DNA of 31,863 nucleotides from Spirochaeta sp. Its GTDB lineage: Bacteria; Spirochaetota; Spirochaetia; UBA9216. Shown in pieces: positions 1 through 8,323 of the stretch (positions are counted from its first letter, which is position 1; every line of letters starts with the position of its first letter). The DNA lies in contig DMKD01000004.1 in the NCBI GenBank assembly GCA_003454605.1, forward strand, positions 1 through 31,863. The letters are read 5' to 3'. The notes under the pieces were generated by a model. It was not told the origin of the DNA. It saw nothing but the letters and a program-made list of their open reading frames with translations, and made no database searches. A program made the position numbers and the translations under genes.

Positions 1-1
1 A

Positions 2-172
2 AAAGCAGTCGATACAACGGCCGCCGGCGATACCTTTATCGGTTACCTGCTTGCAGGTCTTGCCGCAGGTGACCTGGCCGAGCCTGTACTGAAACGTGCA
101 ACTCACGCATCGGCAATCACCTGTACCCGTTTAGGGGCTGCTGATTCGATACCTAAGAAGAGCGAGCTTTGA
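2..172 (+). CDS. 3' end of a ribokinase/PfkB-family sugar kinase (gene starts before the window)
   Basis: Manual translation of frame 2: KAVDTTAAGDTFIGYLLAGL...ASAITCTRLGAADSIPKKSEL*. It contains the PfkB C-terminal signature DTTxAGDxF. Not in the ORF track. Confidence 0.85.
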   Translation, partial: KAVDTTAAGDTFIGYLLAGLAAGDLAEPVLKRATHASAITCTRLGAADSIPKKSEL

Positions 173-202
173 TGACAATTTATAGTTAGATAGGATAAAA
201 AC

Positions 203-1180
203 ATGGACAATGTAATTTGGGGCATGATCGGTTGCGGAGATGTCACTGAGATCAAAAGCGGCCCGGGACTGTATAAGTCAGAGTCATCCGAACTTAAAGG
301 TGTCTTTAACCGCACTCTGGCGAAAGCGGAGTCCTATGCTGAACGCCATAATCTTAAAAAAGTATATCACTCAGCAGAAGAGATGCTTAAAGACGATGAG
401 ATAAATGCCGTATACATTGCCACCCCCCCAAACTCGCACAAAGATTACGCTATAGCCTGTCTGAACGCAGGCAAAATTCCTTATATTGAAAAACCATTGG
501 CAATGTCCTACAAAGAATGTATTGAAATAGAAAGCTGTGCGAAAAAGAAAAAACTGCCGGTATTTACTGCTTATTACCGTCGTGGAATAGAGAAGTTTAT
601 AAAAATAAAAGAATTGATCGATTCCGGAGCTATAGGCAATATTCGATATGTCACAGTGAGCCAGGTAATGTCTGTAGAAAAGAGTGAACTATATAAAAAG
701 GATCTTCCCTGGCGAGTCATTCCTGAAATATCCGGAGGCGGAAAATTTCTTGATATGGGAACTCATGTACTGGACTGTCTAATCTGGTATTTCGGCCAAA
801 TGGTATCTCTTGATGGTGTCGTCCTGAATCAGGGAGGATATTATGAGGCTGAAGATACAGTTGCAGCCAGTTTTCAATTTAAAAACGGTGTTTGCGGAAG
901 CGGAACCTGGTGCTATGTCGGGGATAAAAATAAAAATGAGGTACAAATTGCAGGCGATGCAGGACGCATAATATACGACGGACTGTCTGTTAAATCATTC
1001 AAGTTAATTCAAAACGACGAAGTGAAGGTTTTCAACTTCAAAGAACCGGAACATGTTGCAATGCCTTTTGAACAGGCGGTTGTGTACGAACTGACCGGAA
1101 GGAAAAAGAGTTTTGCTAATTTCAATGATGCGGTTAATCTGACAAAAAAAACAATGGAACTGCTCGCCGGCTATTACTGA
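203..1180 (+). CDS. Gfo/Idh/MocA family NAD(P)-dependent oxidoreductase
   Basis: N-terminal WGMIGCGDV Rossmann motif, VYIATPPNSH, EKP motif (YIEKPLA) and GGGKFLDMGTH, all typical of the family. Confidence 0.9.
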   Translation: MDNVIWGMIGCGDVTEIKSGPGLYKSESSELKGVFNRTLAKAESYAERHNLKKVYHSAEEMLKDDEINAVYIATPPNSHKDYAIACLNAGKIPYIEKPLAMSYKECIEIESCAKKKKLPVFTAYYRRGIEKFIKIKELIDSGAIGNIRYVTVSQVMSVEKSELYKKDLPWRVIPEISGGGKFLDMGTHVLDCLIWYFGQMVSLDGVVLNQGGYYEAEDTVAASFQFKNGVCGSGTWCYVGDKNKNEVQIAGDAGRIIYDGLSVKSFKLIQNDEVKVFNFKEPEHVAMPFEQAVVYELTGRKKSFANFNDAVNLTKKTMELLAGYY

Positions 1181-1681
1181 GCACTCCAGTTCAATTCATT
1201 AAGTCTGAATATATTTTCATGAAAGCCCCGGACGGTCAGCTCATGAAACGGAGGATAAAGGTATTTGTCTCTGAATTCGTATCCGCTTTTGTAATAGGAT
1301 AAATGACTAATCTTTGTAACGGGAGCTCCCTTCGAATCCCAACCCGATTTGAGAAAAATTTGCTGCATTGTAAACCACTGAATCTCCGGGATTGAAAACT
1401 ATCCCGAAATCAATTATTCGGCTATCAAAAGCAAGAACAGGGTCAACCCGCATATAATACTGCCACACGGCTTCAATGCTTTCATAGACATTATATGACT
1501 GCTCATCGAATTCGAATTCGGCGCCCAGATCACTGATCTCATAATTATTAAAGTCTGTCCCGTTTTTCTGCAGAAATTCGTCTACTGATGGAGGAATTAC
1601 ATCAGTGGAGGATTTTATTGTAGAACAGGAACTGAAAACAATGACAGCCGCTGCCAAAAGAATAATCAATTGCTTTTTCAT
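1174..1681 (-). pseudogene. Lipoprotein gene apparently split by a frameshift (ORFs 1307..1681 and 1174..1368)
   Basis: The N-terminal ORF has a basic/hydrophobic signal peptide ending in a lipobox (VFSSC). A second same-strand ORF in another frame overlaps its end and fills the gap up to the convergent oxidoreductase. Confidence 0.5.
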
Positions 1682-1819
1682 ATGATTACATTTTGCATTA
1701 GGCCCTAAGAAAAATCAATAAAAAACTGATTAAGGCAGCTTAAGGGCAGATGAATCATCGTAATTTGACTTTGTATTTTTCAGATACTATATTGAGAACA
1801 TCGACAGAAAGGAAAAATT

Positions 1820-2113
1820 ATGTATACGGCAACAATGGAATATGAGTTCAAGGAAGACCACTTTGATGAGGCAAGCTTATTGTGGAGAGATGAAGTTCTA
1901 TATCTCGCGAAAAAGCAGGCGGGTTTTGTAAGAATGCAGTTTCTCGTTTCATCACCCAAGGCTATGGCTATCGGCACCTGGAAGAGTGATGAAGATGCAA
2001 AAAACTTCATGCAGACAGGCGTTTTTAAAGATCTCATGGAGAAGCTGAAAGATATGATTTCATCTGAACCAAAACCTCAGATCTGGGATTTATTGTATTT
2101 TGCCGAGAAATAA
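1820..2113 (+). CDS. Small antibiotic biosynthesis monooxygenase (ABM)-like dimeric alpha/beta-barrel protein
   Basis: 97 aa. The pattern AKKQAGFVRMQFL...IGTWKSDEDA matches the ABM-type 'xxPGF...xWxS.e.a' pattern. SD-like AAGGA lies upstream. Confidence 0.65.
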   Translation: MYTATMEYEFKEDHFDEASLLWRDEVLYLAKKQAGFVRMQFLVSSPKAMAIGTWKSDEDAKNFMQTGVFKDLMEKLKDMISSEPKPQIWDLLYFAEK

Positions 2114-2802
2114 TCTTTGGGCAAGAATCTGAATAAAGCAAAGCCTTTTCTTAAAAAGTGCTTCAGTATCCCGGTCAATTCCGGACTGCGGAGATAGCCG
2201 TATGATTTGTGAGGGTTCCTCTCTCCCTCATATTCATAATTATTCCAAACCAGCATATCCTGCGGCTGCACAGAGCGGCTGTTGGGAAGAAACTCATTCT
2301 GCAAATCATAATTTATTGCCACCATGTCCTTATAATCTGCCAGGTTATACCAATGCTTATAAATATTCTCCGGAGTTTTCAGCAAGCAGGCATCACTTTC
2401 AGCATGCTGCAGCTCTGAGAGGATCCTGCTGCGGACAACGGGATTACCCAGAGGCGAACCTATGGTCACGAGGGTATGAATTTTTACTTCAGGAACCCAC
2501 TTTGTTAAAACATCCCAGGCAATTATTGACCCCATTGAATGTGCAATAAGGAGTATTTTCTTCCGCCTGTTCCTGAACAGATAGTCTGCCAGCTTCGCAC
2601 AGATTAGATCACTGATTTGTCCTCCGGTAACCCTGTAATAGGCATCCAGATCCTTAATAAAATGCCGCAGGATAAAATCTGTAAGCCGTGAAAAATTAAG
2701 TGAACCGTCATCTTCAAGAATGGCCGCCTTCCACCAATCCTGCAGCTGATCTTCAGCCGGTTTATTTCCCATACCGTGGATTCCGATGGTAATTTTCGAC
2801 AT
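2077..2802 (-). CDS. Alpha/beta-hydrolase fold protein (putative lipase/esterase)
   Basis: IHG oxyanion-type motif near the N-terminus, nucleophile elbow AHSMG, TIGSPL, candidate catalytic Asp (KDMVA) and His (NPHKSYGYL). Confidence 0.7.
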   Translation of the reverse strand: MSKITIGIHGMGNKPAEDQLQDWWKAAILEDDGSLNFSRLTDFILRHFIKDLDAYYRVTGGQISDLICAKLADYLFRNRRKKILLIAHSMGSIIAWDVLTKWVPEVKIHTLVTIGSPLGNPVVRSRILSELQHAESDACLLKTPENIYKHWYNLADYKDMVAINYDLQNEFLPNSRSVQPQDMLVWNNYEYEGERNPHKSYGYLRSPELTGILKHFLRKGFALFRFLPKDYFSAKYNKSQI

Positions 2803-2915
2803 ATTTAATCATTTAACAATACAGTTGTGGTTTTGACAATGAAATTTTAAAAAAATAATAGCCGACATAATTCCGCCACATTTACGCTCTACATTATTAC
2901 TCAGAGGAGTAATAT

Positions 2916-3407
2916 ATGAAGACAATGAAAACCAGTATCATCAGAATTGCAGTTATCACAATGCTGTTAATACTTGTGCCAATGTTAGCATCGGCACTGG
3001 GAAACAATGAGAACGCTTATCCGAAAGCGCTGAGTGACGAGTTCACGGGGATTGCCACAGCACTCCAAGACGGCGAATTGACCAGAGAACAGGCGCTTAA
3101 GCGGCTTCACGAGTTCCGTACCGAGAACAAGAAAGATTACAATGAAGATTATCAGAAAATGGAACGACTCTTAAATGGAGTTCTATCAGGAGAAATGACT
3201 GCGAACCAGGCTCAGGAGCAGGCCCGTCTGCTTAAAGAATGTACTGATCCGCAAACCGAAGCGAAACTGCAGGCTCAAACTCAAAACCGGGAACAAGTCA
3301 AGGTTCAGACCACAACCCAGCAGCAGATAGAGACCGGAACCAGCAATGAGAACAAACCCGAAGCTTCCGGAAGCGGAAGTGCCGACAAGGCAAAAAGTAA
3401 AAAGTAA
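2916..3407 (+). CDS. Exported hypothetical protein with a Q/T/S-rich low-complexity tail
   Basis: SD GAGGAG upstream, signal peptide ending ASA-LGNNEN, helical body and low-complexity C-terminus. Confidence 0.75.
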   Translation: MKTMKTSIIRIAVITMLLILVPMLASALGNNENAYPKALSDEFTGIATALQDGELTREQALKRLHEFRTENKKDYNEDYQKMERLLNGVLSGEMTANQAQEQARLLKECTDPQTEAKLQAQTQNREQVKVQTTTQQQIETGTSNENKPEASGSGSADKAKSKK

Positions 3408-3431
3408 AAAGTAATTTGCCATTGATTTTAA

Positions 3432-3461
3432 CGGGGTGTATACTTGTTCATGTACACCCCG
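3432..3461 (+). terminator. Intergenic hairpin between the two exported-protein genes (terminator/attenuator or mRNA stabiliser)
   Basis: 9 bp stem CGGGGTGTA / TACACCCCG with a 12 nt loop. The T-tract after it is weak. Confidence 0.4.
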
Positions 3462-3485
3462 CTATTTAAAAACGAGGTGATAGAA

Positions 3486-4289
3486 TTGAAAATGAAAGCA
3501 TCGATTTTGACTATTGTATTAGCTGTTTTTCTCATACTCAGCTTTCCCGCGGATTCATCAGCTATGGGGAACCGCGAAAACAGGAACGCGTATAAAATAG
3601 AGCTCCAGACACTATTTGATGAATCGATTGATGGAATTTTTATGAATAAGACCGATGCTCCGGCCGTAAAAAATAAGATTGAAGCTCTACGTAACGTGTA
3701 TGATATATCCTACACTGATGAAGCGGGAATCCTCGATGCTATCATCGATCGGACTGCTGAAAAAACATTCACAAAGGATGAGTCTCATTTCTACTTCGGC
3801 CTGCTGAACGACGGAAAGCTGATGGAGTACCGAAAAGAGAATGCCAGAAAACAATCTGAACAGCATCAGATTGAGGTGCTTTCGTTGCTGCTGCAGAATA
3901 TGAAACCGGAGACTCCCAACGATCCCTATGCAGAAGAACTGCTGGACATCCTTAATAATTATTATGATTTTCTAGGCCTCGAATACGATGAAGGGTATTT
4001 AAAACTAAGTGACCTGATTTATTCGCTTAAAGAACAAAGCATGGATGCAGATGAAATTACTGCAGCTCTTGAATCGACGAATAAAAAACTAGTCCGGCAG
4101 ATCACTGAACAGCAAACTCAAAAAGTCAACCGGATTTCAACCCAAGACCAGAGCAGCAGTCAATCATCACTTCAAAATAGCGACGCGCCCGAAGCGGGCG
4201 GCAATACACCCAATTCACCCTCCAGTCCGGGCGATTCCGGAACAGCAGCACAGAAACCTTCGGGCAGCAGCTCGGGGCCCAGGAACTAA
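3486..4289 (+). CDS. Exported hypothetical protein related to 2916..3407 (probable start TTG 3486 or ATG 3492, not 3444)
   Basis: SD GAGGTG lies just upstream of TTG 3486. Signal peptide ends SSA-MGNRENR. The C-terminus is S/Q/G/P-rich and low-complexity. Confidence 0.75.
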   Translation: MKMKASILTIVLAVFLILSFPADSSAMGNRENRNAYKIELQTLFDESIDGIFMNKTDAPAVKNKIEALRNVYDISYTDEAGILDAIIDRTAEKTFTKDESHFYFGLLNDGKLMEYRKENARKQSEQHQIEVLSLLLQNMKPETPNDPYAEELLDILNNYYDFLGLEYDEGYLKLSDLIYSLKEQSMDADEITAALESTNKKLVRQITEQQTQKVNRISTQDQSSSQSSLQNSDAPEAGGNTPNSPSSPGDSGTAAQKPSGSSSGPRN

Positions 4290-4298
4290 GGGGCGGCC

Positions 4299-4976
4299 TT
4301 GGAAGTAAGCATCCTGATTGTAGAAGACGAGAGCAGAAGCGCTCACTGGATGAAAACATACCTCGAACGTGCGGGATTTAACGCGGCAATTGCCGGCGAC
4401 GGACAAAGCGGGCTGAATATGGCCAGAAAACTCCGCCCGGATTTAATCCTCCTTGACCTTATGCTTCCAGTGATCAGCGGCAACGAACTATGCGGGATAC
4501 TCCGAAGAGAATCTGATGTACCTATTATCATGCTGACCGCCAAAGGCAGCACCGAGGATCGAATACAGGGCATTAACGGGGGTGCCGACGACTACATAGT
4601 TAAACCCTTCGAACCTGAGGAGGTCATTGTCCGAATAAAAGCTGTCTTGAGACGAACTATGGGACTGATGAAGAAAGAGCTTACCTGCGGACCAATCCGG
4701 GTTGATGAAGAGAGAGAATCTGTTCATATAAACGATTCGCAGATCCAGATGAGTCACGCCCAATTCATGATTTTTTCAGTTTTTATGAATAACCCGGGCG
4801 TTGTACTGAGCCGAGGACAGATAATTGAACAAGCCTTTGATGGAAATTTTGATGCCTACGAACGTGCGATTGATACTCATATCCGCCGTTTGCGAAAGCT
4901 TCTCCACACCGACAACTTCGAACCAATCCGGACAGTCTACGGAGGCGGCTATAAACTTGTATGCGCATCTCATTGA
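4299..4976 (+). CDS. OmpR/PhoB-family response regulator (BaeR/CpxR-like)
   Basis: Receiver domain (LIVEDE, LLDLMLP with phospho-Asp, IIMLTA, GADDYIVKPF) and winged-helix domain (RAIDTHIRRLR, IRTVYGGGYK). TTG start. Confidence 0.93.
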   Translation: MEVSILIVEDESRSAHWMKTYLERAGFNAAIAGDGQSGLNMARKLRPDLILLDLMLPVISGNELCGILRRESDVPIIMLTAKGSTEDRIQGINGGADDYIVKPFEPEEVIVRIKAVLRRTMGLMKKELTCGPIRVDEERESVHINDSQIQMSHAQFMIFSVFMNNPGVVLSRGQIIEQAFDGNFDAYERAIDTHIRRLRKLLHTDNFEPIRTVYGGGYKLVCASH

Positions 4977-6337
4977 AATCTATCTACTTCCAGGTTCTCA
5001 TTTCTTTCCTGCTTATTATCATGTCCAACCTCATTATAAGCACCGTAATTGAATATTATACATACACAGCCCAGCTTCCAAGGCTGATCACCGAGATTCG
5101 GATCAAATCTATTGCACAGCACCTCAGCTCTACATACACGCGAGATCAGAACTGGAATAATCTGGACATTGAAATACAACGTATAAACAACCTTGAAAGT
5201 CTGAATACCCTCGAAGACGCAAACCTGAGGATTATAATCAGAGACCGAAAAGGCCAAACTATCTACAACAGCTTTTTGAATATCACCCGGCTTGGAAACA
5301 GTGAATTGATAGAAGGAGAATCACAGACTATCATCGATTATAAAACAGAAGAGCCTGTCGGAGTAGTGACAATATATATCAGCCGCGACTATGTTCTAAA
5401 GCATGCTCAATCCTATATCTCCGAGCTTATTGAATCCGGGATCTTCAAAGGCCTCATCACTGCCGCGATAGCCTTTATTATCAGCCTCCTGCTCTCACGG
5501 CGGATTACCCGGCCGGTTATTCAGCTGACCGATGCAGCACAGAGAATTGCTGAAAATAAGGAAAGCAGCCCTATTGCCTCTTCATCAACCAACGAGCTGG
5601 ACAGGCTGAGCGACACTTTCAACAGCATGCTCTCATCGCTGCAAAACCAGAGAGAATTAAGAAAACAGCTGATATCAGAGATCTCGCATGAAATCAACAC
5701 CCCCTTGAACACAATCCGCCTGGAGGCGCGGGCATTGTCGGACGGACTCGTCAATCCCGGCGAAGCAAGTAATATCATTATCAATGAGATAGATTCATTG
5801 AAAAACCTCATCTACGATCTGGATTGGCTGGCTGAAACGGATTCAGGCGCCTATATTCTGAAAAAAGAAAAATGCTCAATATATAAACTACTGGCAGAAG
5901 TAGTAAAACGCCGACAGCCCAGGGCTGAGACGCGCAACTTGAAACTTATTCTCGGCGAATATACAGGCTTCCTGCCGGTTGTTATGATTGATGCGGTCAG
6001 AATCAGCACAGCTCTCAGCAATTTAATTGACAACGCAATAAAATACTCTCCCGAGCAGGGACAGATTAATATAGGATGTGAACTTACCAACAAAACCATA
6101 GTAATTTCGGTATGCGATGACGGCAAACCTATTGCGCCGGAACATCGACAGCACATCTTCGAACGTTTTTACCGAGAGAACCGGAGAGCAACAGCCGGGG
6201 TTGGCGGCAGAGGCCTAGGCTTGTTTATTGTAAAGCAGATAGTTGAGTTGCATCAGGGTAAAATATTGCTTGAATGCGGAGAAGAGAAAGGCAACTGTTT
6301 CCTGTTTTCTTTGCCGGAATCTTTGTTCACAGAATGA
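4961..6337 (+). CDS. Membrane sensor histidine kinase (2 TM, HAMP, HisKA, HATPase; BaeS-like)
   Basis: Two hydrophobic segments, HAMP (ITRPVIQL...ELDRLSDTFNSM), H-box SHEINTPL, N-box NLIDNAIKYS, G boxes DDG and GRGLGL. Overlaps the regulator gene by 16 nt. Confidence 0.93.
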   Translation: MRISLKSIYFQVLISFLLIIMSNLIISTVIEYYTYTAQLPRLITEIRIKSIAQHLSSTYTRDQNWNNLDIEIQRINNLESLNTLEDANLRIIIRDRKGQTIYNSFLNITRLGNSELIEGESQTIIDYKTEEPVGVVTIYISRDYVLKHAQSYISELIESGIFKGLITAAIAFIISLLLSRRITRPVIQLTDAAQRIAENKESSPIASSSTNELDRLSDTFNSMLSSLQNQRELRKQLISEISHEINTPLNTIRLEARALSDGLVNPGEASNIIINEIDSLKNLIYDLDWLAETDSGAYILKKEKCSIYKLLAEVVKRRQPRAETRNLKLILGEYTGFLPVVMIDAVRISTALSNLIDNAIKYSPEQGQINIGCELTNKTIVISVCDDGKPIAPEHRQHIFERFYRENRRATAGVGGRGLGLFIVKQIVELHQGKILLECGEEKGNCFLFSLPESLFTE

Positions 6338-6366
6338 CTCCCTCTTCACCTCTTAATTTCTATTAT

Positions 6367-6951
6367 CATAGCTGTCCAAAACAAGGTATAGTAAGAGCCT
6401 GGAATCCAGTTTATAATGAATTGAGCAGGCAATGAATAATAGGCATTGATGCAACAACGATAGATTTATATCTATCAGAATTCCCATGGGCAAAATTCAG
6501 AAAGACAAAAGGCGGAATTAAGATGAACGTGAAACTTGATCACCGTGGTTATATTCCAGTCTTTGTTTCTGTTACAACAGCTAATAAACATGAAGTGAGT
6601 TCAGTAAAGATAATGGAATTCCAGAAAGGAGACGTCATAACCTTCGATTGGGCTCCAACAACAATTGCCACTATTTATAAAGATAGATGGCAGATAGAAA
6701 TATTTTTTAAAACAATCAAACAGAACCTGAAAATCAAAAAGTTTTTCGGAACGATAAAAAATGCAGTGATGACTCAGATCTTGATAGCATTGATAGCCCA
6801 TTTAATGCTGCAATATCTGAAGATGTTATCTTCCGGAGGATGGACCCATTATTCACTCATGAAACTACTTCCATTGATTTTGACGACCAAAAAAAATCTC
6901 TGGAGTGTTCTGAATAAACTGGAGCTGTTATGATTGTTTTGGACAGCTATG
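6367..6951 (+). mobile_element. Internally deleted (non-autonomous) IS4-family element, 585 bp
   Basis: Perfect 18 bp terminal inverted repeats: CATAGCTGTCCAAAACAA (6367-6384) and TTGTTTTGGACAGCTATG (6934-6951). They enclose transposase fragments. No target-site duplication seen. Confidence 0.88.
6436..6933 (+). pseudogene. IS4-family DDE transposase remnant (N-terminus missing, central deletion)
   Basis: After an in-frame stop the frame reads IIGIDATTIDLYLSEFPWAKFRKTKGGIK...ITFD/WAPTTIATIYKDRWQIEIFFKTIKQNL. It has the first Asp motif (IDATT) and the YREK-type motif (YKDRWQIE). The segment expected after FD(RGY) is absent. Confidence 0.88.
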
Positions 6952-6981
6952 AAAAATGATAATGAATTATTAATTCTTATA

Positions 6982-7482
6982 TCAGTCATCCAGAGTAAAG
7001 TTCGCCCTCACCTCTCGAAATAAAGCCTCGAAAAATGGACTTTTCGCTGATTTTATTCCGTGCTCAGAGAGGATCTCATCGCGCTCATTAAGAAAAAACT
7101 CGTACAGGAATTTCAACGCTGCTGACTTCGTCTCGGGTCGATAACAGAGGGCTACGACCTTCTGAGTTTCAGGGATATCGAAAAAATGCTTTCGCCCGTT
7201 CACAATGAAATAGTAGGTTTTACCATTGTCAGATCTGCTTATCTCAATATCAAATTCACCGGTAACAGGTTTGGGGATTTCAGCATCTTCTTCACCCTTT
7301 TTCTGATTCAGCTCATTCATTTCCCTGTTAATCTTAACAGTCCGCTGATTGTGAATTATCGTATTTGCCTGCTTAATAAGAAAAAGAAGACCTTCCTCCA
7401 TTATTTCAGGAATCAGACCTGTAAGTTCTTTTTCAAGCCTCAATTTCTGGGATTCTGTCTGTGTTTTTGTCTTTTTAGCCAT
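6982..7482 (-). CDS. Hypothetical cytoplasmic protein
   Basis: 166 aa ORF with natural, charged composition filling the space. No family recognised. Confidence 0.7.
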   Translation of the reverse strand: MAKKTKTQTESQKLRLEKELTGLIPEIMEEGLLFLIKQANTIIHNQRTVKINREMNELNQKKGEEDAEIPKPVTGEFDIEISRSDNGKTYYFIVNGRKHFFDIPETQKVVALCYRPETKSAALKFLYEFFLNERDEILSEHGIKSAKSPFFEALFREVRANFTLDD

Positions 7483-7527
7483 ATCAATATGATTTTATCA
7501 CATAGATTGGGTTATACTTATTAAAGT

Positions 7528-8217
7528 ATGAAAAAAATTGTCCTGGTAATGTTTTTTATCCTTATGGCGACGACTATTCAAGCTTCCAATTGGCATACTG
7601 CTGTCGAAATATATGGAAACAGCGTCGACCTCAAGCCCTACAAATTGAGTATATTATCCCAAACCTTCGACCGAAAAGGCCAGCTCGAGAAGACCGAAGA
7701 GCTTACATTCCATCTTGACTACAGCCTCGATGAAGACAATCCCGAAAGAGAGCTTATTCTGGCATTAGAAGACGGCAAGGATGTTACCGAAGAGAAGAGG
7801 AAAGAACTTGCAAAAGGACGCGGTGATTCAAACGGACCTCCCGGAAACATGGAGGACATGCAGAAGATGCCTCTTGATCCGGCTGTACAGACGGACGTCA
7901 GCTCATTTTTTAGCGGCAGAACTGAAATTAGAAACGGTATAACCTGTGAAGTCTGGAATTTTGAAATCATCCTGAACGACAAATACACCGGTGTCGGAAC
8001 AGCCTGGCTCATTCCTTCTACAGGAGCAGCCGCGAGTCTCGAATACCGCATTGAGCCGCTTTTCCACTTCGTCGAAGAGATGAATATGGGCATGGAATTT
8101 GGTGATGACCTCTCCGACAGATGGGTTATGCACTCAATGAATATGGCAGGCAAAATAAATATGCTGGTAATGAAGAAAGGATTTAAATCAATAATCGAGT
8201 TCGATGATTACAGATAA
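7528..8217 (+). CDS. Exported hypothetical protein
   Basis: 229 aa with signal peptide MKKIVLVMFFILMATTIQA-S. No family recognised. Confidence 0.75.
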   Translation: MKKIVLVMFFILMATTIQASNWHTAVEIYGNSVDLKPYKLSILSQTFDRKGQLEKTEELTFHLDYSLDEDNPERELILALEDGKDVTEEKRKELAKGRGDSNGPPGNMEDMQKMPLDPAVQTDVSSFFSGRTEIRNGITCEVWNFEIILNDKYTGVGTAWLIPSTGAAASLEYRIEPLFHFVEEMNMGMEFGDDLSDRWVMHSMNMAGKINMLVMKKGFKSIIEFDDYR

Positions 8218-8227
8218 TCCTACAGCT

Positions 8228-8275
8228 GTTTAAAGGTTGTATTTTTCGTTACATCCAGCGCTTCAGCGGTTTTCG
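8228..8275 (-). repeat. Degenerate copy of the 3' end of the NtrC-family gene (direct repeat of 14932..15004)
   Basis: GTTTAAAGGTTGTATTT is identical at 8228-8244 and 14932-14948. GTTACATCCAGCGCTTCaGCgGTTTTCG at 8248-8275 matches 14977-15004 with 2 mismatches. Confidence 0.85.
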
Positions 8276-8288
8276 GGCGTGACGGCAA

Positions 8289-8317
8289 TTGCGGCTATCC
8301 CGTAATTTTTATATAAT
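8289..8317 (+). promoter_or_regulatory. Putative sigma70 promoter of the SNF2 operon (probably leaderless mRNA)
   Basis: TTGCGG (8289-8294), 17 nt spacer, TATAAT (8312-8317), then CCCCCC and ATG 8324. No SD. Confidence 0.6.
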
Positions 8318-8323
8318 CCCCCC

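Noticed and set aside
103-315. 70 aa minus-strand ORF
   Set aside because: Antisense shadow over the ribokinase end and the oxidoreductase start, both of which have strong family motifs.
1731-1740. TAAGGCAGCT shared with 13755-13764
   Set aside because: A single 10 bp match with no flanking similarity; compatible with chance.
2202-2549. Plus-strand ORFs of 115 aa and 69 aa
   Set aside because: Antisense to the alpha/beta-hydrolase; no motifs or SD.
2861-2900. ACAT recurring at 13 bp intervals upstream of 2916 (possible OmpR-type boxes)
   Set aside because: Short AT-rich match; 13 bp spacing does not fit the usual 10-11 bp period of OmpR/PhoB boxes.
3392-3412. Tandem repeat AAAAAGT x3 across the stop codon of 2916..3407
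   Set aside because: Losing or gaining one unit would leave the encoded C-terminus unchanged, so it is not a plausible phase-variation switch.
3444-3485. ORF-track start at 3444 for the second exported protein
   Set aside because: It lies inside the hairpin. The SD at ~3475-3480 and the signal peptide point to TTG 3486 or ATG 3492.
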